Source of the DNA: Vairimorpha necatrix
Taxonomy: Eukaryota
Length of the DNA: 64,000 nt
NCBI GenBank assembly: GCA_036630325.1
Contig: CP142735.1
Location: 620,001 to 684,000, forward strand
Direction of reading: 5' to 3'
Positions 13,601 through 25,399 of the stretch are shown in pieces. Position numbers and translations under genes: made by a program. Position 1 is the stretch's first letter; each line of letters starts with the position of its first letter. The notes beneath the pieces are model-generated. The model had not been told where the DNA came from. It saw nothing but the letters and a program-made list of their open reading frames with translations, and searched no databases.

Positions 13601-14277
13601 GTTAAAAAATAAAATCTGTGATGAATATGCAAAGATCAAAAATCCTATCTGGATATATGGTCCCCCCATAAACCTACGACCACGGGGCTTGGGGAGAGAT
13701 TTAATAGAACAATAGGTTCAAAGTTAAGAAAATTACAGAATCGGGAAGATTGGATGGGCAAGATGCGTTCCTAAATTGGTCAAGGCCTTTATACAGTCTT
13801 ATCATAGAGCTATAGGCTGCACTTCAGTAGAACTTATTACAGGAATTGTTCTTAATTTGGACTTACAGGAAGGGATTAAGACATCAAAAGAAAATAAAGA
13901 ATATTAGGAACAGGCCTCTAAAAATTTAGAAGCCTACAGACTTGAATATAACACGAGTGGAAAGAAAAATTCTGATAGTAAGGACACCATAAAGGTAGAA
14001 GAATAGGATTGGTACTGTTTAATTCTCCCTATAAGAGGAAAAATAGAACCTAAATGTGAAGAAAAAGGAGTGGTAGTATAACAAAAATTTCATTCATTTA
14101 TAGTAATAATAAACAATAGAAAAACAGTTACATCGAGTCGAAATCATGGCAAGATTTTATAGGAGGGGTAGTGTAGGAAGTGCTGCACGTGTCAAATATG
14201 TCTTGTCGTTTTTTTATATTTTTGACACTATGTTCTTTAAATATTTATATAAATAAACGTATGTTTTCATCCCAACA
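10616..14277 (+). mobile_element. Decayed Ty3/gypsy LTR retrotransposon, ~106-110 bp LTRs (10616-10725, 14172-14277)
   Basis: TG..CA-type direct repeats, PBS TGGCGAGAAC at 10729, PPT AGGAGGGGTAG at 14161. RT remnants (MDDILIYS), RNase H (TDHQALKYL) and integrase remnants. No matching TSD. Confidence 0.85.
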
Positions 14278-15117
14278 TTCATAATTCTACATGGTAGTTT
14301 ATTACTTAAATTGCATGCCCATTAATAGCTCGAATCATTCACCATTTATATGTCCTTATGCTGTTTTCCAAACCTCTGTAGGATCTCGCTCCTTACTGTT
14401 TCAAAAGTCTCTTTTCTGACAGCACTACAGATATCCTCTGTTATTCTGATATATTTGTTTTACTGATGCCTTCAAGTACTACTGCAAATTCACTGTGCTG
14501 TCTACAGATAGTTGTTAGCTTTTTCCTGTTCATTTTAGACTACAGCAGAAAAGGCCTTTTACGTATCCTCATGCATTAGTTTTAAAATAAAACTGTTCTC
14601 AGCGAGAAGCTTACTATCATTGTTAAATAGATCATGGTTTGTTACATAAACTCTTTCATGAGTCTGTATTCCTAATATAGAGTAAGTTGAATTTTTTCAC
14701 TGCTCAACTTGCCCATAAATAGTACAAAAAAAGCGACGACAAGAAATCTTTTTAGATTTTTGCGATCTTCTTATGCAATAACGTTTTTATTCCTAATTTT
14801 ATCTCAATGTGCCTCCTTCTCGCCGTGGCTTGTGAGAATTTACATATTTATTAAAAATATTCAACATACTAATTCACGTTAATAGTTATAAATGATCTAC
14901 AGAGCTGTAGGCTTTCTTTACATCTGGCCAAATTGTCTTCAGTTTGTATACCAGCTCCTTTTTGCAGCTATTTTAGTCAAAACTTGTTCTTTTGCACGTT
15001 GGGCTTGTTTAATTGTCCCCAATGACTCTCTGCTAGTAACATTCTACTTTCTACAGTTGACTGCATTACTTTCGTAGTATGTTTATAAAGGTTTGATATA
15101 CAGGTAATAGGCCTGAA

Positions 15118-15909
15118 GGTGCCCTTAGCACAGTGGTAGAATGCAATGTATCCATTGAGCAATGGCTGGGTTCGATTCCCAGGGGCACCAAAATTGTTTC
15201 TACTTTCTATGATGCAGTTGGAACAACTCAGATGATGAAAATGTCCACGATAATCATTAAGTTGATTCAATAAAACTTGTGTGTGTCTAGCCACAGGCGG
15301 ATTAGCATCTAGTGTAGAAACGCACTTCAAAGCCAAAAAGCAGTATCACCCTTTGGGGACTTAATGATACATAAAAGTATCAAATGGGTAAGGCCTAGTT
15401 AGAGCCCATGGCTAGTGCACTCTAGAGTGGGATCCTAGAGCTAACTAAAAGACTAGACGATGTAGGGCAATAGAAGGTCTCGTGGTCCCTATCCTACAAG
15501 ATTCTGTAACACGGTGGCCGAAACTAGTGGGAGACTGGTGGTCAACGCAGCCCACTAAAAACGCCGGCTGGTGATGTGGTCGTGTAAGGAGCCGTGTGTG
15601 TAATACAGATGATTATAGGAACCTTTGAGTCAGTACGATGATGTCTCTCCTCGGGTTATAGATAACCATGCCCGTTAAGTATATCGGCCGTGAGGTCACT
15701 CCGGACGCGATTTGAGGTATAAATGGAAAGTGTTTTCCTGGAGCCAAAGTCCAATGGATACGGCTTAGCTTGCTGCACCGGCAAGTTGAATGGAGGGAGT
15801 TTTAGTGAGTAAGAATCATACAGTACCAGTTGAATGAGGATCACACCCAAATCCCTCTGGTCCCTATGTAAGGTTTCTCCCTACCTCTTCCTTGCAAGGA
15901 AAAAAAAAA
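15118..15909 (+). mobile_element. tRNA-headed SINE-like retroelement, full length (copy 1)
   Basis: Head 15118-15190 has an acceptor-like stem GGTGCCC/GGGCACC, A-box TAGCACAGTGG and B-box GGTTCGATTCC. A10 tail. TSD AATAGGCCTGAA (15106-15117) / AATAGGCTTGAA (15908-15919). The empty site is visible in the LINE copy near 5181. Confidence 0.85.
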
Positions 15910-17316
15910 TAGGCTTGAAGTCATTGCCACTAACGGGATACCTTTGGGTATTAAATAAGTAATTCCCTCGTAGAATTAAGCTTCGTGGGGTTCCACATCC
16001 AGTAATATTCCCTTAAAAATTTTGTAAAGAAATAAGTTTTATTTCCCCTTTCTTAATAAAGAGATTAAAAAATCCACAAACTGCAGTCTTCAATTCGGAA
16101 ATATTAATTACAAGTATGATTTAAAAATCCAATTATTGAATTTTTTATAGTCCAACTTTGCATTTTTAAGTCCACTTTTTTGAAAAAAATAACAAAAACC
16201 CAAATTTTAATATAAAAACTAATCAATAAAATTATGTGTCAAATAATATACAACCTCATTTAATTAGATAAACTCGTTTTTCTACTTTGCTATTTCAAGC
16301 CATACTAACATATTAGTGTAGAATCCATTGCACGAAAGGCTAAAATCATCGTATAGCACTTGTTCCAAATCTGTTTCTACTGTATCATTTGAGTTCCGTA
16401 TAGCACAAAACCTTGATTTTATCATAGAAAAAAATTCTTCTATGGGATTAAGCTGTGAGGAATATGGAGGCAAATTCATAAGATATGCCTCACTCTCCTT
16501 AGCTTACCCATTACTTCTATTGAATGATGAAATTTAGCATTTCCTTTAAAAAAATCTTTTGAGGATTTGTTTGGAAAAAACTACAAGCTGCCTTTCAATA
16601 AATTCGACGAATAGTGCATATAATATGACCCCTCTTTTCATTTCGTATGCTATAAGATTTGATTTCGAAGTCTCGCATAAACTCCAATTTTTGCCTCGAT
16701 TTGCAGAGACTGTTGTAAATGCTTTTTTTATTTTTGTATGACAACCAATAATGCCTCGTGGTATGAGCATTAATCCATTTTTATCCGAAAATATCAAATT
16801 TTCTAGTGAATATCTGATATTTCCATGGCAAAAACAGCTCTTTTATCAATTTTGTCTTGCAAATTACACTCTGCAAGAATTGGAGATAGTCTTTTTCTCG
16901 TAATATTAAGATATTTATACTTTATTGAAATAGTCAAAAAAGACATTTAAACATTTGCTATTGTATTTAGTTCTTCTTTGATTCAACCAGAAGTCTTGTA
17001 ATTTATAAGTGCAATGATGTTTTTAAGCACAAGGTCGATAGGCCTTAATACTCTAGGACAGGGGTCGGCAACGAAGCGCCCGTTTTCATTTTTCATATTG
17101 AGAAGAAATTTAAAAATTTATAATTTCAATTTTTTGAAAAAAATTTGATCAATTACATTTTTAATGCTAAATATTGGGAGTACATTATAAGGAGTTAATC
17201 TACTTTTCTTTAAGCAAAAAGACCTTTCAACAAAAATTTTCATACATATGATGATTATAACAATAAACTTATATATTTAAATTATAAAGTTCTTTAATAT
17301 TTATTTTGACAATAAT

Positions 17317-19111
17317 TGTCACAGTTAGTTGGTGGAACCAGTTAGTAGAGGGAACCCTAAAAAAATTTAAAAAAGGACCCCGTGGGAATCGAACTTGGGA
17401 CTTCTCGAAGGAATACAATCACAATGAACGACTTTTTTGAGACGGTTCAAAATTTGTCCTAATTATATTATGGGGTATATTTCGAGTAATTTTATATAAA
17501 TTTGGAGGGAAAAGAAATAAAAAAATAAAATAAACAACTTTTTTAAAAAATTTATTCGTTATCAAGCAATCTTAGATCTCTAGTGTAAATTTCTTCTATA
17601 ATAACCAATGGATCAGCTTCTTTAGATAATTTTACTTTGTTAAATTGAAGTATATCCATTACAATATATTCATCGACATCTAAATGTTCGTATAGAGGAA
17701 GCCTTCTAGTACTTGATTATTGTCTAAATATGGTCTTATAAGAACCCTATCTCCCAATTTATATTCATAGAAGTCATTTCTCCACATACTCCTTTCAATC
17801 ATTCTATAACAGACATTTTGAGTATTAAATCGTGCTGATTCGTATTAAATTTCATTTAAAAAAAGATTTTCATTGTTTAAAGCATATAGTTCTTCGTTAT
17901 TTACGACGTTATTTTTGTCAAAAACAAATTCTTTCTTCGTTCAACTTCCTCATTTTCAACTTCGTTATTATTTGCAACCGAATCTAGAATATCAGTGATT
18001 CTAGATTCTTGCATTATGTCTTTAATGGGCTTACCAAACATTAAACTGAATGGAGTTTTTTTAGTTTTGAATGCCTTAAGTTGTTATATGCCCAGTTAAC
18101 TTCTTGGCGTACTATGGTCCATTGCCCTAAGATGTTCTTCGACCTCAGAGTAGATGCAATCATCCATTTTAATGTTTGATTGCATCGTTCTATCTGTCCT
18201 TGATTACAAGGACATCTAGCTCTTCCTCTTACATATCTTATTTCATACTTTACACATAAATTCACGATATATTGATTAGCAAATTCTCTACCGTTGTCGG
18301 TATAAAGTATAAAATAAGGTTCAAACGTATTGAATAGTGTTTCAAGGCAATACGCACACTAATGCCAGTTTTGTCACCCAATGGAATCGTCCAACAGAAC
18401 TTGTTAAATGAATCTACTGCGTTAAGTGACAATTTATATCCATCATTAAATTAGTGATACAATCGAAGATCAATCAAATCAGCAATATACCTTTCTCTAG
18501 GATATTTTGAAATGATTGGTCTAATAACTGGTCTGGTTATTAGGTTTCTTCTTGCTTGACAAATATCACATCTTTTCAAAACTCTCAGTACTTCGTTTCA
18601 AGTAACGTCGTATACTTTTGATTGTAACAATGGATACAATCTGTCACGCCCAGGATGTCCATCAGAAACATGAATCAGTTTGATGAAATCCAGTTTGAAA
18701 CGCTGCTCATTGGTTGTAAAGAATCTCAATGATCTATATTGATCTACTTTAAACCTCACAGTTAGTTCAAAACTTCCATTGTTGTTTTCTTCAAACAACA
18801 TGAAACGTTCAGCTTTTCTTTTAAAATTTTTACGATCAACTTTGTACAACAACGTTGGTGGCAGCAGACCATATAATAAAAAATTGTAAACTTCTTGTCT
18901 TTTATCATTGTTCATTTTTATTCTCATAAGCCCACAAAACAAAAAATTATTTACTATAAGTTGAAGGATAATTTTACTGTAATTTCTTAATAATATTTTT
19001 ATTCCTTTTAAGTAAATTTTGTTCTTCTTCGAAAGGTCCTGGATTCGATCCCCATAGAGCTCGTTTTTAAGGGTTCCCTCTACTAACTGGTTCCCTCTAC
19101 TAACTGCGACA
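17317..19111 (-). mobile_element. Integrase-only TIR transposon (Ginger2/TDD-like), decayed
   Basis: TGTC..GACA ends, TIRs with a repeated CAGTTAGTAGAGGGAACC unit, 5-bp TSD ATAAT. HHCC (HVSDGHPGRD) and rve remnants (QGQIERCNQT). Confidence 0.85.
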
Positions 19112-19866
19112 ATAATTATGCCATAAAACATGCTAATTCAACATTCAATAGATTTTAAAAATTTTACAAATTTTTTTACCCTTTATGGAACCTTCAAAAA
19201 AAAAGAAAAAATTATCAATTTAATAATTTATGGGAAGAAGATTTTTTCTTTATAGAATTTTAATGTGGGTGTATTTGTTTATTGTGCAACAAAAGCATTG
19301 CAATATGCAAAAAAGGAACTTAGAACGACACTTCAATAGTTTGCATGAAAATATAAATATTGAGTACCTACTGAATTCATAAACTGCAAAAAAAGAAGTT
19401 GATATCTTCAAAATCAACAATTGTAAAACAGTAGAGATATTTTCAAAGCCAAAAGAGCTTTCGAATGCGGCCACTGTAGCTTTAATTAATTTGCACATCT
19501 GTTAGCTAAGAAAAACCCCCTTTACTGATGCAGAAATTATAAAAGAAGTTATGATAACAGCGGCGGATTCTCTTTTTGAAGATTTTGAAAACAAGACAGA
19601 AATGAAAAAGCTATTAATATGTTGCAGTTATCAGCAGAACTGCATCAAGAAGAATAGAATTAATTGCTAATAATTTAGAATTATAATTAGATAAAGACCT
19701 AAGAAATTGTATGTATTTCTCTTTTCAGCTTGATGAATCTACCGATGTAGTTGACACAGCACAACTAAATGTTTCTATAAAAATGGTATTTAATGACTTT
19801 TCAACTAAAGAGGGTTTTTTAAATTTTCTTTTTAACTGCTCGTATAACGGGAAAAGATATTTTTTC

Positions 19867-20885
19867 GGCTAAAGTAAGCATTAGCTACAAAAAATCGATG
19901 TAGGGGTTTTTTGTTTTTTCCCCCCTTTTTTTAAAAATGGAGGAAAGAAAATGTTGAGGAAGGAACAAAAATAAAAACTAGAATAAAAATTTTAATAAAG
20001 CTTCGAACACTGGAGTTGTGGAGTTTCTTTGGATCATATATCTAAATAAATAAAGTTTAGCGCTATTCGATGATCTGTTTCTATTTGGTATAGAATGTTT
20101 TAGAGATCTCCAATTACCTTCTATGGTATTGGTATGTACTCCTGTATTCGGTTTCCTAAAATGTAATGTATGATTAACCATATGATGTTGGTTAAATATT
20201 GTATTTAAAGAATGATACGCTCTCCACATATCGCTATATATAATACTGCTTCTACTTACATATTTTAAAAGAAGTTCAGTAAGTGTCCTTTTGTTTCTTT
20301 TCTTAATATATACTACTATTATTCTACGTTGGATGGTACGTTCAACCATTCCAAAACACCAAAATCCTTTTACTAACTTCCCCCTATTGTATTTATTCTT
20401 CCCAATCTTAGTCTCATCAATTTCCACAATAGTATTATCGCCTCCAATAGTCCCTATACAAGACAAATACTTATCATAAAGACTCATGTCTTTTAACTTT
20501 TTTAGCACGGAAGATATAGAAGGTTTAGTACAACCTAAACTTGAGAAATGGACTTACGTGAATAACCTAAAATCCATAATTTAGTATTTGTAATATTGTA
20601 ATGTAATTTAGCCTAGAATCCTGAAAGAAAGTTGTTTATTAAATTGAAACTGTGTTTTTACATGAGCTCCATTGACACCTTATGAGACTTTTTTGCTCCC
20701 CTCTTTGCTTCATTTTTTGATTACAGACGCTACATTTTTTATTTTGTTTCTTAATTATTAGATCATTATATATGATCTCCAATTCTTCTCTTGTCCGAAT
20801 TCTTTCCTCCATTTTTAAAAAAAGGGGCAAAAAAAAAACAAAAAAACCCTACATCGATTTTTTGTAGCTAATGCTTACTTTAGCC
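19867..20885 (-). mobile_element. Merlin/IS1595 (ISXO2-like) transposon with frameshifted transposase (20639-20830 and 19978-20508)
   Basis: ~85-bp TIRs starting GGCTAAAGTAAGCATTAGC and 8-bp TSD ATTTTTTC. Motifs VEIDETK, YSDMWRAY and HTNTIEGNW. Confidence 0.92.
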
Positions 20886-23800
20886 ATTTTTTCTTTATTT
20901 AAAAATTTATTGTCGATAAAAATATACCACTTCGAAAACTTTCTTCTATTACTACTGATGGTGCACGAGCAATGGTCGGAAAAGAAAACGGATTTTTTGG
21001 TCTATGTAGAAAAGATTCTTTGTTTTCAAAGTATATTTCATATAACTGTATAATTCATCAACAAGTTTTATTTTTAAAAAGTGTTAATTTTAATCATATT
21101 TTATTAATTGTTACTAATATTATAAATTCGATAAGAGCCAAAGCCACTCAACATAGGCTGTTTAAGCTGCTTATGAAGGAAGAAAAAGCAGATTAAAAGA
21201 ATTAGTTCTTCATACAGAAGTGAGATGGCTTAGCCGAGGAAAAGTTCTTGAACGCTTTATTAAGCTTTTACCTCAACTAAAGAAATTTATTGCAATGAGA
21301 AATGAAACTTATATAGAATTAGAAAACAAAAGTTGGCTATTAGATCTTAGAATTTTTAGCGGATATCACAATGAAATTTAACGAACTAAATTTAAAATTA
21401 CAACAAAAGAATTCACATATTGCAGATATGATGAGCTTAATTAATTCTTTTGCAAATAAGTTAGAACTTTTTAAAATACATTTAATGAAGAAATCCTTAT
21501 CTCATTTTTAAATTACTAAGTTAATAATTGAAAAAAGAAATTTAAGTATTCATGAATTCGATCCTACATCGTACATAGGCGCAATAGATTTATTACTGAT
21601 TGAGTTTTCTAAAAGATTTCATGATTTTTGATCATTAGAGGAAATAATTCCATTTTTTGTTAATCCTTTTAATGTTTTGATTCTAATTTACCAGTAAAAA
21701 TTTCTAATTTTTTTCATATAGTTAACATGGACGACTTAGAAATTGAAATTTTTAATTTGAAGAATGATATAGTTTTAAAATCTCATTATTTAGACAAGGA
21801 CTTTGTAAATTGGTTTCAGATAATAGTTTCCCCATTTTAAGAAAATGTGCACTTAAAATATTTTCATATTGTGGAACCACATATAATTGTGAAGCTTTTT
21901 TTTCGAATATGACGTATTTAAATTCGTTTATCGAACACAACTTACGGACAAACATTTGATAGCTATTTAAGAGCTGCAAATTCATCTTATATCATTAATT
22001 ATGACCAAATTGCAGATGACATGCAAAATCAAGTATCTCATTAAAAAGTATTGTTTCTAAGTATTTCTCTACACGTAGTTAATTTTTATTATTTCTTCGA
22101 GATTTAATCGAAAACAAAATTTAAACCTCTTTAAAGTAATTGTGATGAAATTTGCTTAGCATTCTTGTCAAAACAATGTCTATTAAATCTATATAAAACC
22201 ATTAAATTTATTTTTTTGGATTCTTTTAAACACTTAAGAAAACTCTTGTAAATATATTTAATTATAATTTTCATTTTAATATAAAAAATTAAAACTTGTT
22301 AAAGTGCCTATCTTTAAAAATACTGGAAAAAATCATAATTGTATTATTCGCTACGAAATGTTTTTTTTAAAAAATTTTATAGAGCATTTATTATATTTTT
22401 CTTAGATATTTTTTTGAGCTTGCGTCCGTTTTTTGTTTTAAGATTTTGAAATTGCCCATTTTGAATTTTTTTATAAAAAGGTTGCCGACCCCTGCTCTAG
22501 GAGATGAAACTTTAGAACGATTTATTGTAAATGTAGAAAAAATGAATTCTCCTTCAGACACTTTTTCTATGGTTATTTAAACTGTTTTATAACTTAAAAC
22601 TAATGTAGTTGCAATATTTTTTAAGGTCAAGTTTTCGATTTTTATATGTCTTTCAATCAGTTTTAAGACATCTGAAGTGATTGTAGATCTCGCTTTTCTA
22701 GGCACTAGGGGGATTTTTTTAAAAAGGCCATTGAAAGTAAAAAAATGGACAATTAAAATACAAAAGTTGGACTATAAAAATGCAAACCCCTGTAATATCT
22801 ACAAATTTTTCCAAGGTCGTAAAGTGATTTGATCTCGGCTATCAGGAATGTATTTTAGAAGATATTCCTCGAAACTATTTCAGTCTTTAGATTGGTCTTT
22901 CTTATTCACACGGTAGACCAAAATATATTAATATCTTCTTTGCTCACGTTGTGAGTAACCTCAAGCTCACGTGAGTTTTTTATAAAAATTGCTTTTGTTG
23001 AGTTCAAAATTTTAATTTTCCCGTCTATACTCTCTGCGTCGGTCAGCAACCTCTAGCTTCCTTGAATATATGGCTTTCATATCGTTGAGTATAGTAATAG
23101 CTTCGAAACTAACTCGGTGTAACATGTAAGCATGTTATGTTCACACATTACCTTCTTGGCTTCATTATTTCCCTCACTCGAAAGTTTATCAAAAGACCCT
23201 TCTTTTTGATAAGGTTTACCTTTCTACGATCTCAGCAATCCTTTTAAGATACTTTTCTTCCAAGACAAAGTGTCGAGCTTCTTATTGGCCATTTCAAGTT
23301 AGCAGATCTGTGCAGCTTGCATATCCTTGTAATCTGTGCCATTTATGAGTGGGGGATGGCATTAACGTAGCTATATATCGCCTGACTGTAGCATCAAGTT
23401 TCAAAAGATAAACTACCAAGGAAAGACCCACCACGTTCTATCCAACTGATCAACACAATTGTTAATGATTAAATTAAGTTTCTCCAAGTCTAATTTTTTT
23501 GATTGTAGGAAGAACTCGATTTTATAGCGACTATTTCTTTCTTTCGAGCCGGTTTCGGCTTTTCTTCTTTCTGCGTGGTTCACTAAGAATTACGGGTTGT
23601 CATTTGTCTACCACTATTACTTGTGAGCGTTTTTCGCTATGCCCTTGAATCTGGTGAACTCATGTTAGGCTCAAAATTTACACAGAAAACCCCAGTTTAT
23701 TTATTCCGCCTCCTCTTTGAATTATCAAATCTATTTATGACTGGTAGAAATATTCTTTGGGGACACTCCTCTTCACTATCTTTGGTACTAACAAGTACTG

Positions 23801-24481
23801 CTGCAAGAGTCTCAGAAGTAAATTAAGTGGACAAACTAGTGTCTTCTGGTCCCCGTTCTTTCTCTTATATGTCTACTTCCCCTTTTTCCACTTCGAAGGC
23901 GGGGGGGGGGGGGGTTGTTTGTGGTTTTTCAGTTTATTCCTCCTGTTCTATTTTACCTCCATTCTTTTATCATAATTTTATTTTATTACAACAACCATTT
24001 TTAATACGTAAAAGTAAAAAATCAAATTTGGGATTTGTCGAATTATGGTAAACTCGGTATTAAAAATTGTGGATGATTGGTGTTAAATATTTTACTTTTT
24101 TATTCCATTTTATACACATGCTAATATAACAAGAAACGCAATCAAATTAGATTATAAGTATTTCTATAGTTCATGTATTTAGATATTATGTTTATTATTA
24201 CTTAAGCTATATAGGATCCCAAAGGAAAATTCAGTTTTGTTTTATCTCGTTGATTCCGCTTTACCATCATCCAGTAATGAGGCAATAGATTGAATATTCT
24301 AAGCCGTTTTTAAAAAAATGAATATAATTTTTTTGAGACAATCTATTATAAAATATAGATCGTATTTGAAAAATTTATCTATTTATTTATTCAATAATAA
24401 TTTATAGACAATTTTGTAAAAAATTTTAGCACTTTCATACTAAAGACTATAATTATAAATAAAATTTATAAATCGTGTTAT

Positions 24482-25207
24482 GAGGGCAAGGACAGAGCAG
24501 GAGGAAAAAAACAAAAAAATTTACAAACCAAACCTCCGAAGCGGAAATCTGAAAAATAGACACAGAAGAGAAAGAACAGGGGCCAGAACACAAGGTTTGC
24601 ACACTTAATCTACTTCTGAGACTCTTGCAGCAGTATTGTGAGTACCGAAGCGAGTGAAGAAGAGTGGCCTCAAAAGAATTTCTATCAATAATAAATAGAT
24701 TTGGTATTACCAGGATCGACTTACTATAGTTGAGAATAAAAAACTAAGAAAATATGACCTTCTTGCAAATGAACTGGGACTCATACATAAATCCCGGACA
24801 AGAATAGTTTCTTATATAATGACATGGGATGGAGTGGTGACCAAATATCACAGAAAGGACATCGGGGAGCTAGAAATCCAACACTACCTGGAAGCATATA
24901 TCCAGTCTATTGTGATGAAGAAGACTCTAGAGTCCATCTCTTTGGAACGACGACGAGGACACGATCAGGAGGATGCAGGAGAAGAAGAAGTGGCTAGAGT
25001 GTAAGCGCTATAGCGAATATGGCGATTGTTTAAGAAGTGGTGCCGGCAAAGGGGAATGAAGCTGAAAAAGTGAAGTTGGAAAAAGTTAATAATTCCACTG
25101 AAAATAAGGTCTGTAAAAAGCCAAATCCCATGAGCGATACCGGTAAAGCTATGCTATAACTATTTACGACTGATGATAAATTAACTCAAAAATCTTCTTT
25201 TTTTTTT
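24482..25207 (+). mobile_element. Internally deleted mini-LINE (5' end fused to 3' end of the RLE LINE) with a T-tract tail
   Basis: The 5' part matches the MRVKIEQEE region and the 3' part matches 3010-3495. 13-bp TSD TAAATCGTGTTAT at 24469-24481 and 25208-25220. Confidence 0.8.
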
Positions 25208-25399
25208 TAAATCGTGTTATAGACATCCCTTCTTTTTAAATTTCCTAGTTTCAAGTTTTTAATAACTATACTAATTCTGTATTATTATTTAATTTGATGT
25301 AATTAACGTACAATTAATTAAATCATTATCTTTCAATAATATTTTTTTGCTTCTTATTCGAAAAATAAAAAATATTGAGCTGAAATACATTACTATTTA

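Larger units (their letters stand above)
17059..22494 (+). mobile_element. hAT (Buster/SPIN-like) DNA transposon, decayed, carrying two nested insertions
   Basis: TIRs CAGGGGTCGGCAAC / GTTGCCGACCCCTG and 8-bp TSD CTCTAGGA. Transposase remnants FQLDESTD, TTDGA-AMVGK, CIIHQQ and TEVRWLSRGKVLERF. Confidence 0.9.
16111..22792 (-). mobile_element. Tc1/mariner (IS630-like DDE) transposon remnant, interrupted by a hAT element
   Basis: Motif LPPYSSQLNPIEEFFSMIK (16282-16479). Inverted subterminal match TTTTTATAGTCCAACTTT (16142) / AAAGTTGGACTATAAAAA (22763). TA on both sides interrupts the LINE. Confidence 0.75.
14285..23960 (-). mobile_element. Second decayed copy of the RLE-type LINE, split by insertions (pieces ~14285-15117, ~15908-16110, ~22793-23960)
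   Basis: The pieces align collinearly to 4347-6565 once the SINE and the Tc1 are removed. Confidence 0.85.

Noticed and set aside
15118-15190. Functional tRNA gene
   Set aside because: There is no canonical 7-nt anticodon loop, the three heads differ there, and it is part of a TSD-flanked repeat.
15445-15545. Hammerhead, group I intron or RNase P motifs in the SINE body (GACTAGACG, GAAAC-stem, GAAGGTCT)
   Set aside because: The required partner motifs (CUGANGA, the P7 complement TAGTC, CR-V) were not found.
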